NCBI RefSeq assembly: GCF_006345805.1
Contig: NC_043021.1
Span: forward strand, 16,368,001-16,432,000
Length of the DNA: 64,000 nucleotides
DNA from: Octopus sinensis
Lineage: Eukaryota
Reading direction: 5' to 3'
This document shows, piece by piece, positions 52,475 through 64,000 of this stretch (position 1 is the first letter of the stretch; every line of letters starts with the position of its first letter). The notes below the pieces were generated by a model that was not told where the DNA came from, did not search any database, and saw only the letters and a program-made list of their open reading frames with translations. The position numbers and the translations under genes are program-made.

Positions 52475-53454
52475 ATATATTTAAAGGGCTAAAAACCACT
52501 ATGTGGTCAGCCGTATGCTAGAAGTAGATCACCTACAATCAAACTACAAAGAAAAGAATGTTCTCTAGAGAAAAATTCAGCGGACACCAGACAAAATGCG
52601 GGCAAGACAGATTAAAATTATATAAAAAGCAAGAATTAATCGCAGACCGGCTGGATTTTTCTCTAGAGAACATTCTTTTCTTTGTAGTTTGATCGTAGGT
52701 GATCTACTTCTAGCATATGGCTGACCACATGGTGGTTTTTAGCTCTTTAAATATACACATGTATCAGAATTTTCTCTGATTTTTCAGATTTTTGTATGCT
52801 AGGCTACTGGTTTTAAATTGATATTAATTAAATTAATATTCAATTTATCTCCCTCATTATTTAAATGTTATATATACAGGGTGTCCCCAAAAAATGTATA
52901 CACACCTAAATAATTGTAAATTTGTTATTCTTTGTAAGCCTAGTACTTATTCTATTGTTCTCTTTTGCCGAACCACTATGTGTATATATACAGCGTGTCC
53001 CCAAAAAATGTATACACACCTTAAATAATTGTAAATTTGTTATTCTTTGTAAGCCTAGTACTTATTCTATCGTTCTCTTTTGCCGAACCACTATGTGTAT
53101 ACATTTTTTTGGGACACCCTGTATATATATATATATATTTATACATGCATACACACATATCCAACATTGTCGCATCGGCTTAAGAAGGACCAAAGGTTAA
53201 TGTGTTTGACTTGATATGATAACATTGTACTGATGGAGCCTGCTCGCACCACCACCACCACCACCACTACCACCACCATCACCACCAACACCGCCGCCGC
53301 CGCCATAATCAGTCGTCTGTACTCACTATCATTTTGGTGTTTTACTGACTTATCTCTTTTCTTTGGTCTATGTTCCTTATCATCATCATCATCATCATCG
53401 TCATTATTGTCGCCATCATCATCACGTGTATGTGTAAGTATATATGTGTGTGTC

Positions 53455-53495
<41 letters not shown>

Positions 53496-53513
53496 ACACA
53501 CACATATATACTT

Positions 53514-53555
<42 letters not shown>
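51399..53555. repeat. Tandem duplication of a ~1.08-kb unit
   Basis: 51399-52479 is repeated from 52480. Differences are mostly in microsatellite lengths. Confidence 0.9.
51795..52043. mobile_element. Tc1/mariner-type MITE
   Basis: TA-CAGGGTGTCCCCAAAAAATGTATACAC..GTGTATACATTTTTTTGGGACACCCTG-TA, with an internal ~118-bp direct repeat. Duplicated at ~52876-53123. Confidence 0.75.
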
Positions 53556-53557
<2 letters not shown>

Positions 53558-54194
53558 AAGAAAGCAAAAAAATAAAATAAATATGATAGGGTCAGTATGT
53601 TGGCGACAGGAATTTCTGTCAAAGAGACACTGTTAAACAAAGATGTACATCATCTCCCTCTTTCTCTCACATATCCACACACTCTCTCTCTCTCTCTCTT
53701 TCTTTCTTATTATTACTCACACTGCCACCATCAACACTACTACTTTTAATAAAACATCACCGGAAATTTCTTTGTCGCTCTGTCTGTCTGTCTGTCTGTC
53801 TCTCTCTGTCTCTCTTCACCAATTTCAGTAACTTCTCCCCCACCCCAATTGAGAAATATCAAATATCAACATTGTCTAATTTGCATTCTCGAAAACGTTT
53901 TCCGGCAAAATGACATTGAAAAATGGTCATAATAAAGAGAATATATATTACGTAATAAAATCGGGAAAAGATGACTGATCCGAAACTGTTTAAAAGAAAC
54001 AATATTTTGTTTAATATTATCAACATAATATAGGCGCAGGAGTGGCTGTGTGGTAAGTAGCTTGCTAACCAACCACATGGTTCCGGGTTCAGTCCCACTG
54101 CGTGGCATCTTGGGCAAGTGTCTTCTGCTATAGCCCCGGGCAGACCAATGCCTTGTGAGTGGATTTGGTAGACGGAAACTGAAAGAAGCCTGTC

Positions 54195-54290
<96 letters not shown>

Positions 54291-55293
54291 ATATGTGCGT
54301 ATATGTGTTTGAGTGTCTGTGTTTGTCCCCCTAGCATTGCTTGACAACCGATGCTGGTGTGTTTATGTCCCCGTTACTTAGCGGTTCGGCAAAAGAGACC
54401 GATAGAATAAGTACTGGGCTTACAAAGAATAAGTCCCGGGGTCGATTTGCTCGACTAAAGGCGGTGCTCCAGCATGGCCGTAGTCAAATGACTGAAACAA
54501 GTAAAGGAGTAAAGAGTAAAAGAGTATAATCGTAATATATACCCTCGAAAGTATATCTCGGCAATCTTTCGTCTCTAGTAGACCTTTCCGTCGATTTCCG
54601 TAAAACTTTTTTTTTATTTTTACATATGGGCTTGCGGGAACTTTTGAAGTAATGAGAGCGAAAGAGACTAAGAGAAAGCCATTTTATGACGAGGGAAGTT
54701 CTTTTGAAGTTACCGTGCATGGCTAGCATTGATGTACATGTGTGTGAGTGTTTGATGGGGTGTGGGAGACAGACAGTATGTTGTGTAAGTGAAGTGCTTC
54801 TGTAAGTGTGTGTGAAGAGACAGAGTAATGTGTGAAAGAAAGAGATAACTGAAATTTTTTATTCGGTGTATGTGTATATGTATATTACTTCAAAAGTTTC
54901 CGCAAGCCCATATATAAAAAAAAAAATTTTTTTACGGAAATCGACGGAAAGGTCTACTAGAGACGAAAGATCGCCTATATCTCAGTAAAATTCATTTAAA
55001 AAACAAGCATTTTGCGGAAAGTTTTTTAAAAAACAAAGTCAGCGACGTTGGGGCACTAATCTGTAGATCTGCTCTGTTCTGTTTGTCGTATAGTCTATCA
55101 GAAGGATTACGTGTATTTAAGTGGGAGTTAGTTTATGAATCTTGGGAAAATAGAAGGCAAAGTCGACCCTGGTGAATTTGGAGTGAGACCGTAAAACCAT
55201 GTAAGGTCTAAACACTGATTATTACAATATTAAAATATCAAGAGCGATAATAATAGTATTTATATAAGTAATTATAAATGCTACCATCAAGAG

Positions 55294-55337
55294 TGACGCA
55301 CGTGGAATACAAAACCGGATGTGACAAACAGCTGATG
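55294..55337 (+). promoter_or_regulatory. Conserved distal element of the U3 genes
   Basis: AAACCGGATGT..CAGCTGATG block at -253 (copy 1), -264 (copies 3, 4) and -265 (copy 5, minus strand 62781-62819), although the sequence between it and the PSE differs among copies. Confidence 0.6.
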
Positions 55338-55510
55338 ATTCTAGCATAAACATTTTATCGAAACTTGTATATATATATTAATTCTAATGTTTTTTGTCAA
55401 TTTAAAGATACAAAACAGTTAAAAATAAAATTATTAATAGAGATAAGTCTAGTGACTTAGATTTACTTATAAGAATAATTGAATTACTTCCAAAAATATA
55501 TTTTGCTTCA

Positions 55511-55543
55511 TCACTACATAGTTGTTAACAGCCACGTATATAT
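55511..55543 (+). promoter_or_regulatory. PSE-like box plus TATA box of U3 copy 1
   Basis: TCACTACATAGTTGTTAACAG at -57 and TATATAT at -31..-25. Equivalent CACTA(C/T)A..CAGC plus TATATA at the same spacing upstream of copies 3, 4 and 5. Confidence 0.6.
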
Positions 55544-55567
55544 GTGTAAGGGAGCGTTCGAAAATCT

Positions 55568-55802
55568 AAGACCATGCTTTTAAGGATCATTTCTTAAGTA
55601 TGTGTCGCAACGGTATCCGATTCCTTTGATCGGTCAACAACATCACGATGATGCGAGATCGTATTGAGTCCTGAGCGTGAAGCAGGATCTCTTCTATCGT
55701 TCGTTACTCCGCCTTCAACGAACGTGAGGAATCCATTGAAGATCGTTCTTGAGAGGTTTAATAACTTCTTAAAGAGGGACTCGATACTTTCTGAGTGATG
55801 TT
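55568..55802 (+). ncRNA. U3: U3 snoRNA gene, copy 1
   Basis: AAGACCATGCTTTT (GAC/A'), GGATCATTTCT (box A), CACGATGATG (C'), CTGAGCGTGAAG (box B), CATTGAAGATCGTTCT (box C), CTGA (box D). Terminal stem AACATCAC/GTGATGTT. Box order and spacing match metazoan U3. Confidence 0.92.
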
Positions 55803-56721
55803 ATTTTTTTACTAAATTAACAACAGATCATGTTTCCCATGTGACTACGGGCTTTGTAAATTTCGGCTCTGTCTCGACCCGAAACAAATAAAAGAATTTA
55901 AAGTGCCCAAGACAGAATTTGAACTCGGAACGTGGCGGCAGACGAAATACCGTTAAGCATTTCGCCCGGCGTGCTACGTTTCTTCTTTCTTTATTGCACA
56001 GAAGGGGCTTAAACATAGAGGGGACAAGGGTATTTGGTCTATTATTTTTCCATAGCAGGGATTGTGGATTTCGGTTCTAGATATCTACGAAACGGATGAA
56101 AATATTAGCTTCGGTTGTTCGACTAAATCAGCGGCGATAAAAAAGGCAAACATCACTTCTTCTTTTGCAATCAATAGAGTATTCTGATTTTTTAAATTCC
56201 CTGATAAAAAATGAAATTGGAAAAAAAATCTTGTTGAGAACCTTTCAGTAAGGTATCCCTAGCAGGAGTGGCTGTGTGGTAAGTAGCTTGTTTACCAACC
56301 ACATGCTTCCGGGTTCAGTCCCACTGCGTGGCGCATCTTGGGCAAGTATCTTCCACTATAGCCTCGGGCCGACCAAAGTCTTGTGAGTGGATTTGGTAGA
56401 CGGAAACTGAAAGAAGCCCGTCGTATATATGTATGTATATATATATATATGCGTGTGTGTGTTTGTCCCCCCCCCCAGTGTTGCTTGACAACCGATGGTG
56501 GTGCGTTTATGTACCCGTCACTTAGCGGTTCGGCAAAAGAGACCGATAGAATAAGTACTGTGCTTACAAAAGAATAAGTCCCTGAGTCGAGTTGCTCGAT
56601 TAAAGGCGGTGCTCCAGCGTGGCCGCTGTCAAATGACTGAAACAAGTAAAAGAGAGCATATTGGCAATGAATTGCAATCCCCAAAAAGCATTAAGGGAAC
56701 TGAAGGATTAGAATAAATCAA

Positions 56722-56917
56722 AAGACAACGGTATCCGATTCCATTGAGCGGATCAACATCACGATGATGTGAGATTGTATTGAGTCCTGAGCGTGAAGCA
56801 GGATCTCTTGTATCGTTCGTTCCTCTCTTTTAACGAATGTGAGGGATCCATTGAGGATCGTTCTCGAGAGGTTTAATAACTTCTTAAAGAGGGACTCAAT
56901 ACTTTCTGAGTGATGTT
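56722..56917 (+). pseudogene. U3: Diverged U3 snoRNA copy lacking the box A'/A domain
   Basis: AAGAC joins directly to AACGGTATCC. Boxes C', B, C and D are retained with several substitutions. No TATA upstream and no T-run downstream. Confidence 0.8.
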
Positions 56918-57378
56918 AATCCTCTTTACAAAAGTCCTTAAGTCCCCTGGAATTTTTTTTTTACTAATGTCACTCGTTTGATTGTGCCCATGCTGCAACA
57001 CCAGCCATCCTCCAATCTTCCAGGGTTTATTCGTTGAAGAAATCGATCCCAGGTTTTATCTCACCTGAACCTTTTGCCGGAGGACTTATTCTTTGTAAGC
57101 CTAGTACTTATTCTATCGGTGTGTTTTGCCGAACCGCTAAGTTACGGGAACGTAAACACAACAGCATCGGTTGTCAAGCGATGTTGGCGGGGGGGGGGGG
57201 GACAATCACACACACACACACATATACATACAACTTTGTGCATGAGCGAAAGAGATAATTAATAGAGAAATAGGGCGAATGTAATTGAAATTCCTTAGAT
57301 AACTATCAACTCCATAGTAAATAACGAATCAGCCAACACAGTAAGGGAAACAACTCAAGCAAAGTGTTGTCTCTCTCT

Positions 57379-57770
57379 CTATCCGCTCAGTCGAAGTCGA
57401 CTCTCGGTTACTCGATGGATCAGTGTCCTCCAGTCAGTTCTATCCTGAGCCGCTTCTTTCAGATTGGCTATGTCCATTCCGGTATCACTCTTGATGGTGT
57501 CAAGCCAGCGGGTTCTTGGTCGACCTCTTCCTCTCTTGCCACTGACCATTCCTAGCATGATGTCCTTCTCCAGGGATTTTCTCCGCATAATATGACCAAA
57601 ATATGCCAATCTATGTTTGGTGATCCTAGCTTCTAGCGACATTTTCGGCCTGATCTGCTTAAGAACTTCTCCATTGGTGAGCCTCGCTGTCCATGGAATC
57701 CGTAAAAGTCTTCTCCAACACCAAAGCTCGAATGCATTAGTTCTCTTCTGGTCAGCTTTCTTTAGTGTTG
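57379..57770 (-). mobile_element. RTE-BovB-like LINE C-terminal fragment
   Basis: SLEARITKHRLAYFGHIMRRKSLEKDIMLGMVSGKRGRGRPRTRWLDTIK..WR.LIHRV. Confidence 0.85.
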
Positions 57771-58441
57771 TACTAAAGGATATTTCTGGAATCGTTTGTT
57801 CAGAATGACTCGTGACAACACTCTTGTCCGTCTCCCTTTCGCGCTTACAATATCGAGAAACGTTGCGAATCTATGAAGATGATTCCTTAATTGCCATTAG
57901 TTCATTTGACTAAATTTATGACTTAGGAGTGGTTTCAGAGAATTTGTTTAATTCTGCCGGAATATGAGTAAGACACTATGTGCGTGCGTGTGTGTATGTG
58001 AAAGAGAGAGGGAAGGAAGACAACCACTTCAATTAAAGATATTTTAGTCGTCAATGGAGCCCTCTAATCGGTCGCTAGAATTGTTAGAAATAGCAGTTAA
58101 ATCTCAATCAAGTCTCACACGGCTTGCTAAAGATTCTGTCAGCTCGTCATAAGTGATAACGCATGACAAATACGAAACCGGATGTGACAAACAGCTGATG
58201 GAACTACTACATAATACAGAATATATATTTATACAATGCAGTATACGTATGTAAATCTAGAGTATTTTCTAAATTTCAATGGTCAGAACTATTTATAATG
58301 GTGTTGGTGACCATAATAAATGATAAGATCTAGGTTTATTTAAGACAATAATTACTGAATTTGCTAAATGTATTCTGTGAAATCACTATAGGATTGTAGC
58401 AGCTACAGAGATATATATTTGTTGGGTAGCGTTTAAAATTT

Positions 58442-58676
58442 AAGACCATGCTTTTAAGGATCATTTCTTAAGTATGTGTCGCAACGGTATCCGATTCCTT
58501 TGATCGGTCAACAACATCACGATGATGCGAGATCGTATTGAGTCCTGAGCGTGAAGCAGGATCTCCTGTATCGTTCGTTACTCCGCCTTCAACGAACGTG
58601 AGGAATCCATTGAAGATCGTTCTTGAGAGGTTTAATAACTTCTTAAAGAGGGACTCGATACTTTCTGAGTGATGTT
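58442..58676 (+). ncRNA. U3: U3 snoRNA gene, copy 3
   Basis: Same 235-nt sequence with all boxes. Differs from copy 1 at TCTCCTGTA vs TCTCTTCTA. Confidence 0.92.
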
Positions 58677-60397
58677 ATTTTTTACTAAATTAACAATGGA
58701 TCAAAACATATGTTACGGGGATTGTTGATTTCGGTTCTAGATGTATATCTGCTGTTTCGAAACGGATGATAATATTAGCTTCTGTTTGTTCGACTAAAAC
58801 CACTTTCTTTTGCTTGTTTCAGTCATTTGACTGCGGACATGCTGGAGCACCGCCTTTAGTCGAGTAACTCGACCCCGAACTTATTCTTTATAATCCCAGT
58901 ACTTATTATATCGGTCACTTTGGCCGAACCGCTACGTTACGGGGACATAAACACACCAGCATCTTTGGTCAAGCAATGCTAGGGGGACAAACACACACGC
59001 ATATATTTATATATATATATATATACATATATACGACGGGCTTCTTTCAGTTTCCGTCTACCAAATCCACTCACGAGGCTTTGGTCGGCCCGAGGCTATA
59101 GTAGAAGACACTTGCCCAAGGTGCCACGCAGTGGGGCTGAACCCGGAACCATGTGGTTGGTAAGCACACACAGCCACTCCTGCGCCTGGGTGCGATAAAA
59201 AAAAGTCGTCACTTCTACTTTTGCAATCAATAGAGTATTTAGAATTGTTAAGCATAGCAGTTAAATCTCGTTCAAGCCTCACACATTTTTTTTAAATGAA
59301 AAGGATAAATTAGATCAGACAAACTGGATGGTGCCACATAAACTCCCTCCTATGGGGAGTCATATAGGGGTCGATTCATTGTCCTTACAATTCTTCAAGT
59401 TGATACTCCAGCATGGCCGCAGTCTAATGGCTGAAACAAGCATAAGATTATATATATAAAAAAAGTCATCGCAATCTACATTCTCGGAAAACGTACATTT
59501 ACCAAATAACGAAATTTCCGGAAAGATTCGAGGAAATAAATTTGGATTGTGGGAGATAGCAGTCTGTAGGTATGAGAAGATTATTTGGAGTCGCGTTTGA
59601 GGATCGTTCTCAGTAACACATATTGTTTTTGACTTTCGTAAATTAAAAGTAAATTCGCCGCAGAAGGAATTTGAACGTCAGGTGGTGGAAGCGTAAACAT
59701 GATATATTCTTTTCTACTCTAGGCACAAGGCAAGAAATTTTGGGGGAGGTGGGGCGACCAATCGATTAGATCGACTCCAGTACGTAACTGGTACTTAATT
59801 TATCGACCTCGGCGGAATTTGAGTTCAGTAAACATAATATAGTATAACCTTAAAATATTATTAAGGTTGATGTTTAATGAATGTCGATAAATTTTAATAA
59901 TCCTTTCTGCCGGAAAGTTTGGGATGCGGGGCAAATCGATTTTATCGATCAACTGGTATTTAATTTATTTATATGGAAAAGATGAAAGGTAAAGTCTACC
60001 TCTGCAGTATTTGAACTCAGAACGTCAAGCCCGAAAAAAAAAAAAAAAAAGAAAAAGGCCGTTAAGTAGTCTGTCCGGCTTGCTAAAGATTCTGTCAACT
60101 CGTCATAAGTGATAACGCATGTCAAATACGAAACCGGATGTGACAAACAGCTGATGGCACTACTACATAATACAGAATATATATTTATACAATGCAGTAT
60201 ACGTATGTAAATCTAGAGTATTTTCTAAATTTCAATGGTCAGAACTATTTATAATGGTGTTGGTGACCATAATACATGATAAGATCTAGATTTATTTAAG
60301 ACAATAATTACTGAATTTGCTAAATGTATTCTGTGAAATCACTATAGGATTGTAGCAGCTACAGAGATATATATTTGTTGGGTAGCGTTTAAAATTT

Positions 60398-60632
60398 AAG
60401 ACCATGCTTTTAAGGATCATTTCTTAAGTATGTGTCGCAACGGTATCCGATTCCTTTGATCGGTCAACAACATCACGATGATGCGAGATCGTATTGAGTC
60501 CTGAGCGTGAAGCAGGATCTCCTGTATCGTTCGTTACTCCGCCTTCAACGAACGTGAGGAATCCATTGAAGATCGTTCTTGAGAGGTTTAATAACTTCTT
60601 AAAGAGGGACTCGATACTTTCTGAGTGATGTT
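60398..60632 (+). ncRNA. U3: U3 snoRNA gene, copy 4
   Basis: Identical by eye to copy 3, inside a duplicated unit. Confidence 0.92.
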
Positions 60633-62303
60633 ATTTTTTACTAAATTAACAATGGATCAAAACATATGTTACGGGAATTGTGGATTTCGGTTCTTGATGT
60701 TTCGAAACGTATGATTACAATAGCTTCGGTTTGTGCGACTAAAACCACTTCTACTTTTGCAATCAATAGAGTATTTAGAATTGTTAGAAATAGCAGTTAA
60801 ATCTCGTTCAAGTCTCACACACTTTTTTTTGTAATGAAAGGGATAAAATTAGATCAGACAAACTGGATGGTGCCACATAAACTCCCTCCATTTTTTCCTT
60901 TTGAACGGCACTTTGTAACAATTTCTAGGTAACTAAAAAGTTTTGAACTTCGTATACTGGCAGAATATGTTTATAAAACATCATTTTCTCTTGGCTTTAT
61001 TGAGAAAATTCTATATGTTGTATATTTCGTCTTTAATTTCGAGCATTTCAGCAATTTTAACCAATCGCTGACCTCCATTTAGGTAAATAACATTCTGTGC
61101 ATAATGAATATGTCCCTCCCTTAAGAAACAGATTGGGTTTATTTACATTTCTGAAGAAAAAAAAGATACCCTTCCCCAACCCCTAAATCTAAAATAGATT
61201 GAAATGCAATAGATCGATACTAGGGCCATAGTTATGGGTGACATTTTCATTTGACACCGCTAGAAAAAAATCTGCAAATAAAGAAAGAAAAAACGGGTGA
61301 AATGCTTAACAGCATTTTGTCTGCCGCAAGGATTAAAATTAATCAAGTCTATCTGCTGGAAATAACAGGCAAGGCTCTTATTTAAATCGCCGATTAAAAT
61401 TAATCAATGTGCATCAATGTGCGTGGCATCTTGGGCAAGTGTCTTCTGCTATAGCCCCGGGCCGACCATTGCCTTGTGAGTGGATTTGGTAGACGGAAAC
61501 TGAAAGAAGCCTGTCGTATATATGTGTGTGTGTGTGTGTGTCTGTGTTTGTCCCCCTAACATTGCTTGACAACCGATGCTGGTGTGTTTACGTCCCCGTC
61601 ACTTAGCGGTTCGGCAAAAAAGAGACCGATAGAATAAGTACTAAAAGGCGGTGCTCCAGCATGGCCGCAGTCAAAATGACTGAAACAAGTAAAAGAGCTA
61701 AGTATGTCTACCTGCTAGAAACAGCAGTTAAAACTCTTATTTACATCGTCAATTTAAATAAGAGTTTCAACTGTTATTTCCAGCTGGTAGACATACCTAT
61801 GTCCTTTGATTAATTTTAATCCTTTAACTATTGAATGCCTTTTGTGGCCTGCAATTCATTGTGAACATGCTAGGGATACCTTACTGAAAGGTTCTCAACA
61901 AGTTTTTGTTATTTTCTTTTGCTTTTCGACATTTTAAATAATACTATTTCATTTTTCCTCGCGGGCAGTAAAGAAATAGGTATTTTGTCTGTCGCCACGT
62001 TTTAGTGCAGATTCCGCCGAGGTCGACTTTGCCCTTCACCCTTTCGGGGTCAACGTAATCGACCAAATACCCTAGTCCCCTCTACGTTTAAGCTCCTTGT
62101 GTGCAATAAAGAAAGAAGAAACATTATAAGCACGCCGGGCGAAATGCATAACGGCATTTCGTCTGCCTCCATGTTCCGCTTTCAAAATCCGTCGTGGGCA
62201 CCTGAATTCTTTCATTCGTTTCGGTTCGAGACAGAGCCGAAATTTGCAAAGCCCGTATTATCTGTGCCAGGAAATAAATCTCTTTTTAGTTTAATAAAAA
62301 AAT

Positions 62304-62538
62304 AACATCACTCAGAAAGTATCGAGTCCCTCTTTAAGAAGTTATTAAACCTCTCAAGAACGATCTTCAATGGATTCCTCACGTTCGTTGAAGGCGGAGT
62401 AACGAACGATACAGGAGATCCTGCTTCACGCTCAGGACTCAATACGATCTCGCATCATCGTGATGTTGTTGACCGATCAAAGGAATCGGATACCGTTGCG
62501 ACACATACTTAAGAAATGATCCTTAAAAGCATGGTCTT
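62304..62538 (-). ncRNA. U3: U3 snoRNA gene, copy 5 (inverted)
   Basis: Reverse complement of the same 235-nt sequence, all boxes present. Confidence 0.92.
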
Positions 62539-63389
62539 AAAATTTTTACGAACGCTACCCAAATATATATACGTGGCTGTTTTACTTATGTAGTGGTGTC
62601 AAAGAATATAATTAACAAAGAACTTAATTAACTGTAAAGTAAATCTGTAGCTTAAATAAATTTTTACCTTTCTAAAAGTATTCTAAATTGTTCTGTATCT
62701 AAATATTGAGAAAACACATTAGATTTAGTATGTATAAACTGGTTTGTATAAAGTATTTCTGTTAAATTTTGCGATTCAGTCATCAGCTGCTTCTAACATC
62801 CGGTTTCTATTTGACGTCATTATTCTTCGCTTGTATTATCACTTATCGTTGTTTATACTTAATACAGTTATAAATCTTAATATTTTCAGATGATAATACG
62901 TTTATGTCTACACATTATTTTAGTTTACGTTGTTTGTTCAAATTCCGTCTGGTTCAACCGTGAATTATATTTTTACAAGCTTAAGTAATTATTTCCCGGT
63001 GAAGCACCAATAAACGTTCCGACTGCAAACACGTTACCTCCATTAGTAATCATATTTTATGCTTATATCAAATGGTTATCAAAATCAATTATCGTGTTCA
63101 TTCAAATATGAAACAAAATACATTCCAAACAGAAAACTCTAAATTGTTAACAGATGATACTTAAATTTAGGTGAAGTTCCGGTTACTTAGTAATATCGGT
63201 TTGTTTACATAGCAACGGTTGGTAGTGTGAAGACAGTGGGATAAACTACTATAGCCTCGGTCTGATCAAAACTTTGTGAGTGGATTTGGTAGACGGAGAC
63301 TTAAAGAAACCTGTCATATCTATCTATCTATCTATCTGTCTGTCTGTCTCCTATCTATCTATCTATCTATCTATCTATCTGTCTGTCTC

Positions 63390-63488
<99 letters not shown>

Positions 63489-64000
63489 CCTATCTGTCTG
63501 TCTCCTATATATCTATCTATCTATGCATGTATGTATGTATGTATGTATGTATGTATGTATGTATGTATGTATGTATGTGCGTGTGTGTGTATGTATGTAT
63601 GTATGTATGTATGTATGTATGTATGTATGTATGTATGTATGTGCGTGTGTGTATGTATGTATATATTTACGTGAGCGTGTTTTTGTGTCTGTGTTTGTCC
63701 CACCACCACCACCATCACTTGACTACCGATGCTGGTGTGTTTATGTCGGCAAAAGACACTGATTGAATAAGTACTAGGCTTACAAAGAATAAATCCTGGG
63801 GTCGATTTCTTCGACTAAAAACCCTCAATGGCGGTGCTCTAGCATAGCTGCAGTAAAATGACTGAAACAAGCAAAACAAGTAAAAGAATAAAAGAATTCA
63901 GATTGAAGACTTCACTAGAGTGGACGCAAGCGCTAATATATGATTTATAAGAACATGTGACATATTAATAAATATTTGTAAATATAAAACCATCCAGATT

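Noticed and set aside
47273-55290. Search for the PIPOX-B non-coding first exon and promoter
   Set aside because: No sequence homologous to the paralog A candidate and no distinctive donor could be identified.
441-63766. Dozens of YIYI/VCVC/HTHT/MYVC ORFs
   Set aside because: Translations of (TA)n, (TG)n and (TATG)n microsatellites.

Overview
AT-rich, microsatellite- and SINE-dense eukaryotic DNA. The repeat repertoire looks like an Octopus-type cephalopod genome (inference). Three main contents: (1) two tandem minus-strand paralogs of peroxisomal sarcosine/L-pipecolate oxidase (PIPOX), reconstructed by hand from GT-AG exons. Copy B is complete (8 coding exons, 47260->29325, 380 aa). Copy A has coding exons 1-6 (17792->1583) and its last two exons fall off the left edge. 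(2) A cluster of U3 snoRNA genes at 55.5-62.6 kb: four full 235-nt copies (one inverted) and one deleted variant. Each full copy has a PSE-like box, a TATA at about -30, a shared distal module at about -260 and a T6-7 run just after the 3' stem, which resembles a U6-type (Pol III) layout. (3) Many mobile-element remnants: tRNA-derived SINEs, RTE and CR1 LINE pieces, mariner, piggyBac-type MITEs, non-autonomous Helitrons, foldbacks and Penelope-like (PLE) pieces. Several PLE pieces carry type I hammerhead ribozyme motifs, one of them sense to PIPOX-A upstream of its first coding exon. Almost all ORFs in the supplied track are microsatellite or repeat artefacts. All alignments, folds and counts were done by eye; repeat boundaries are approximate.
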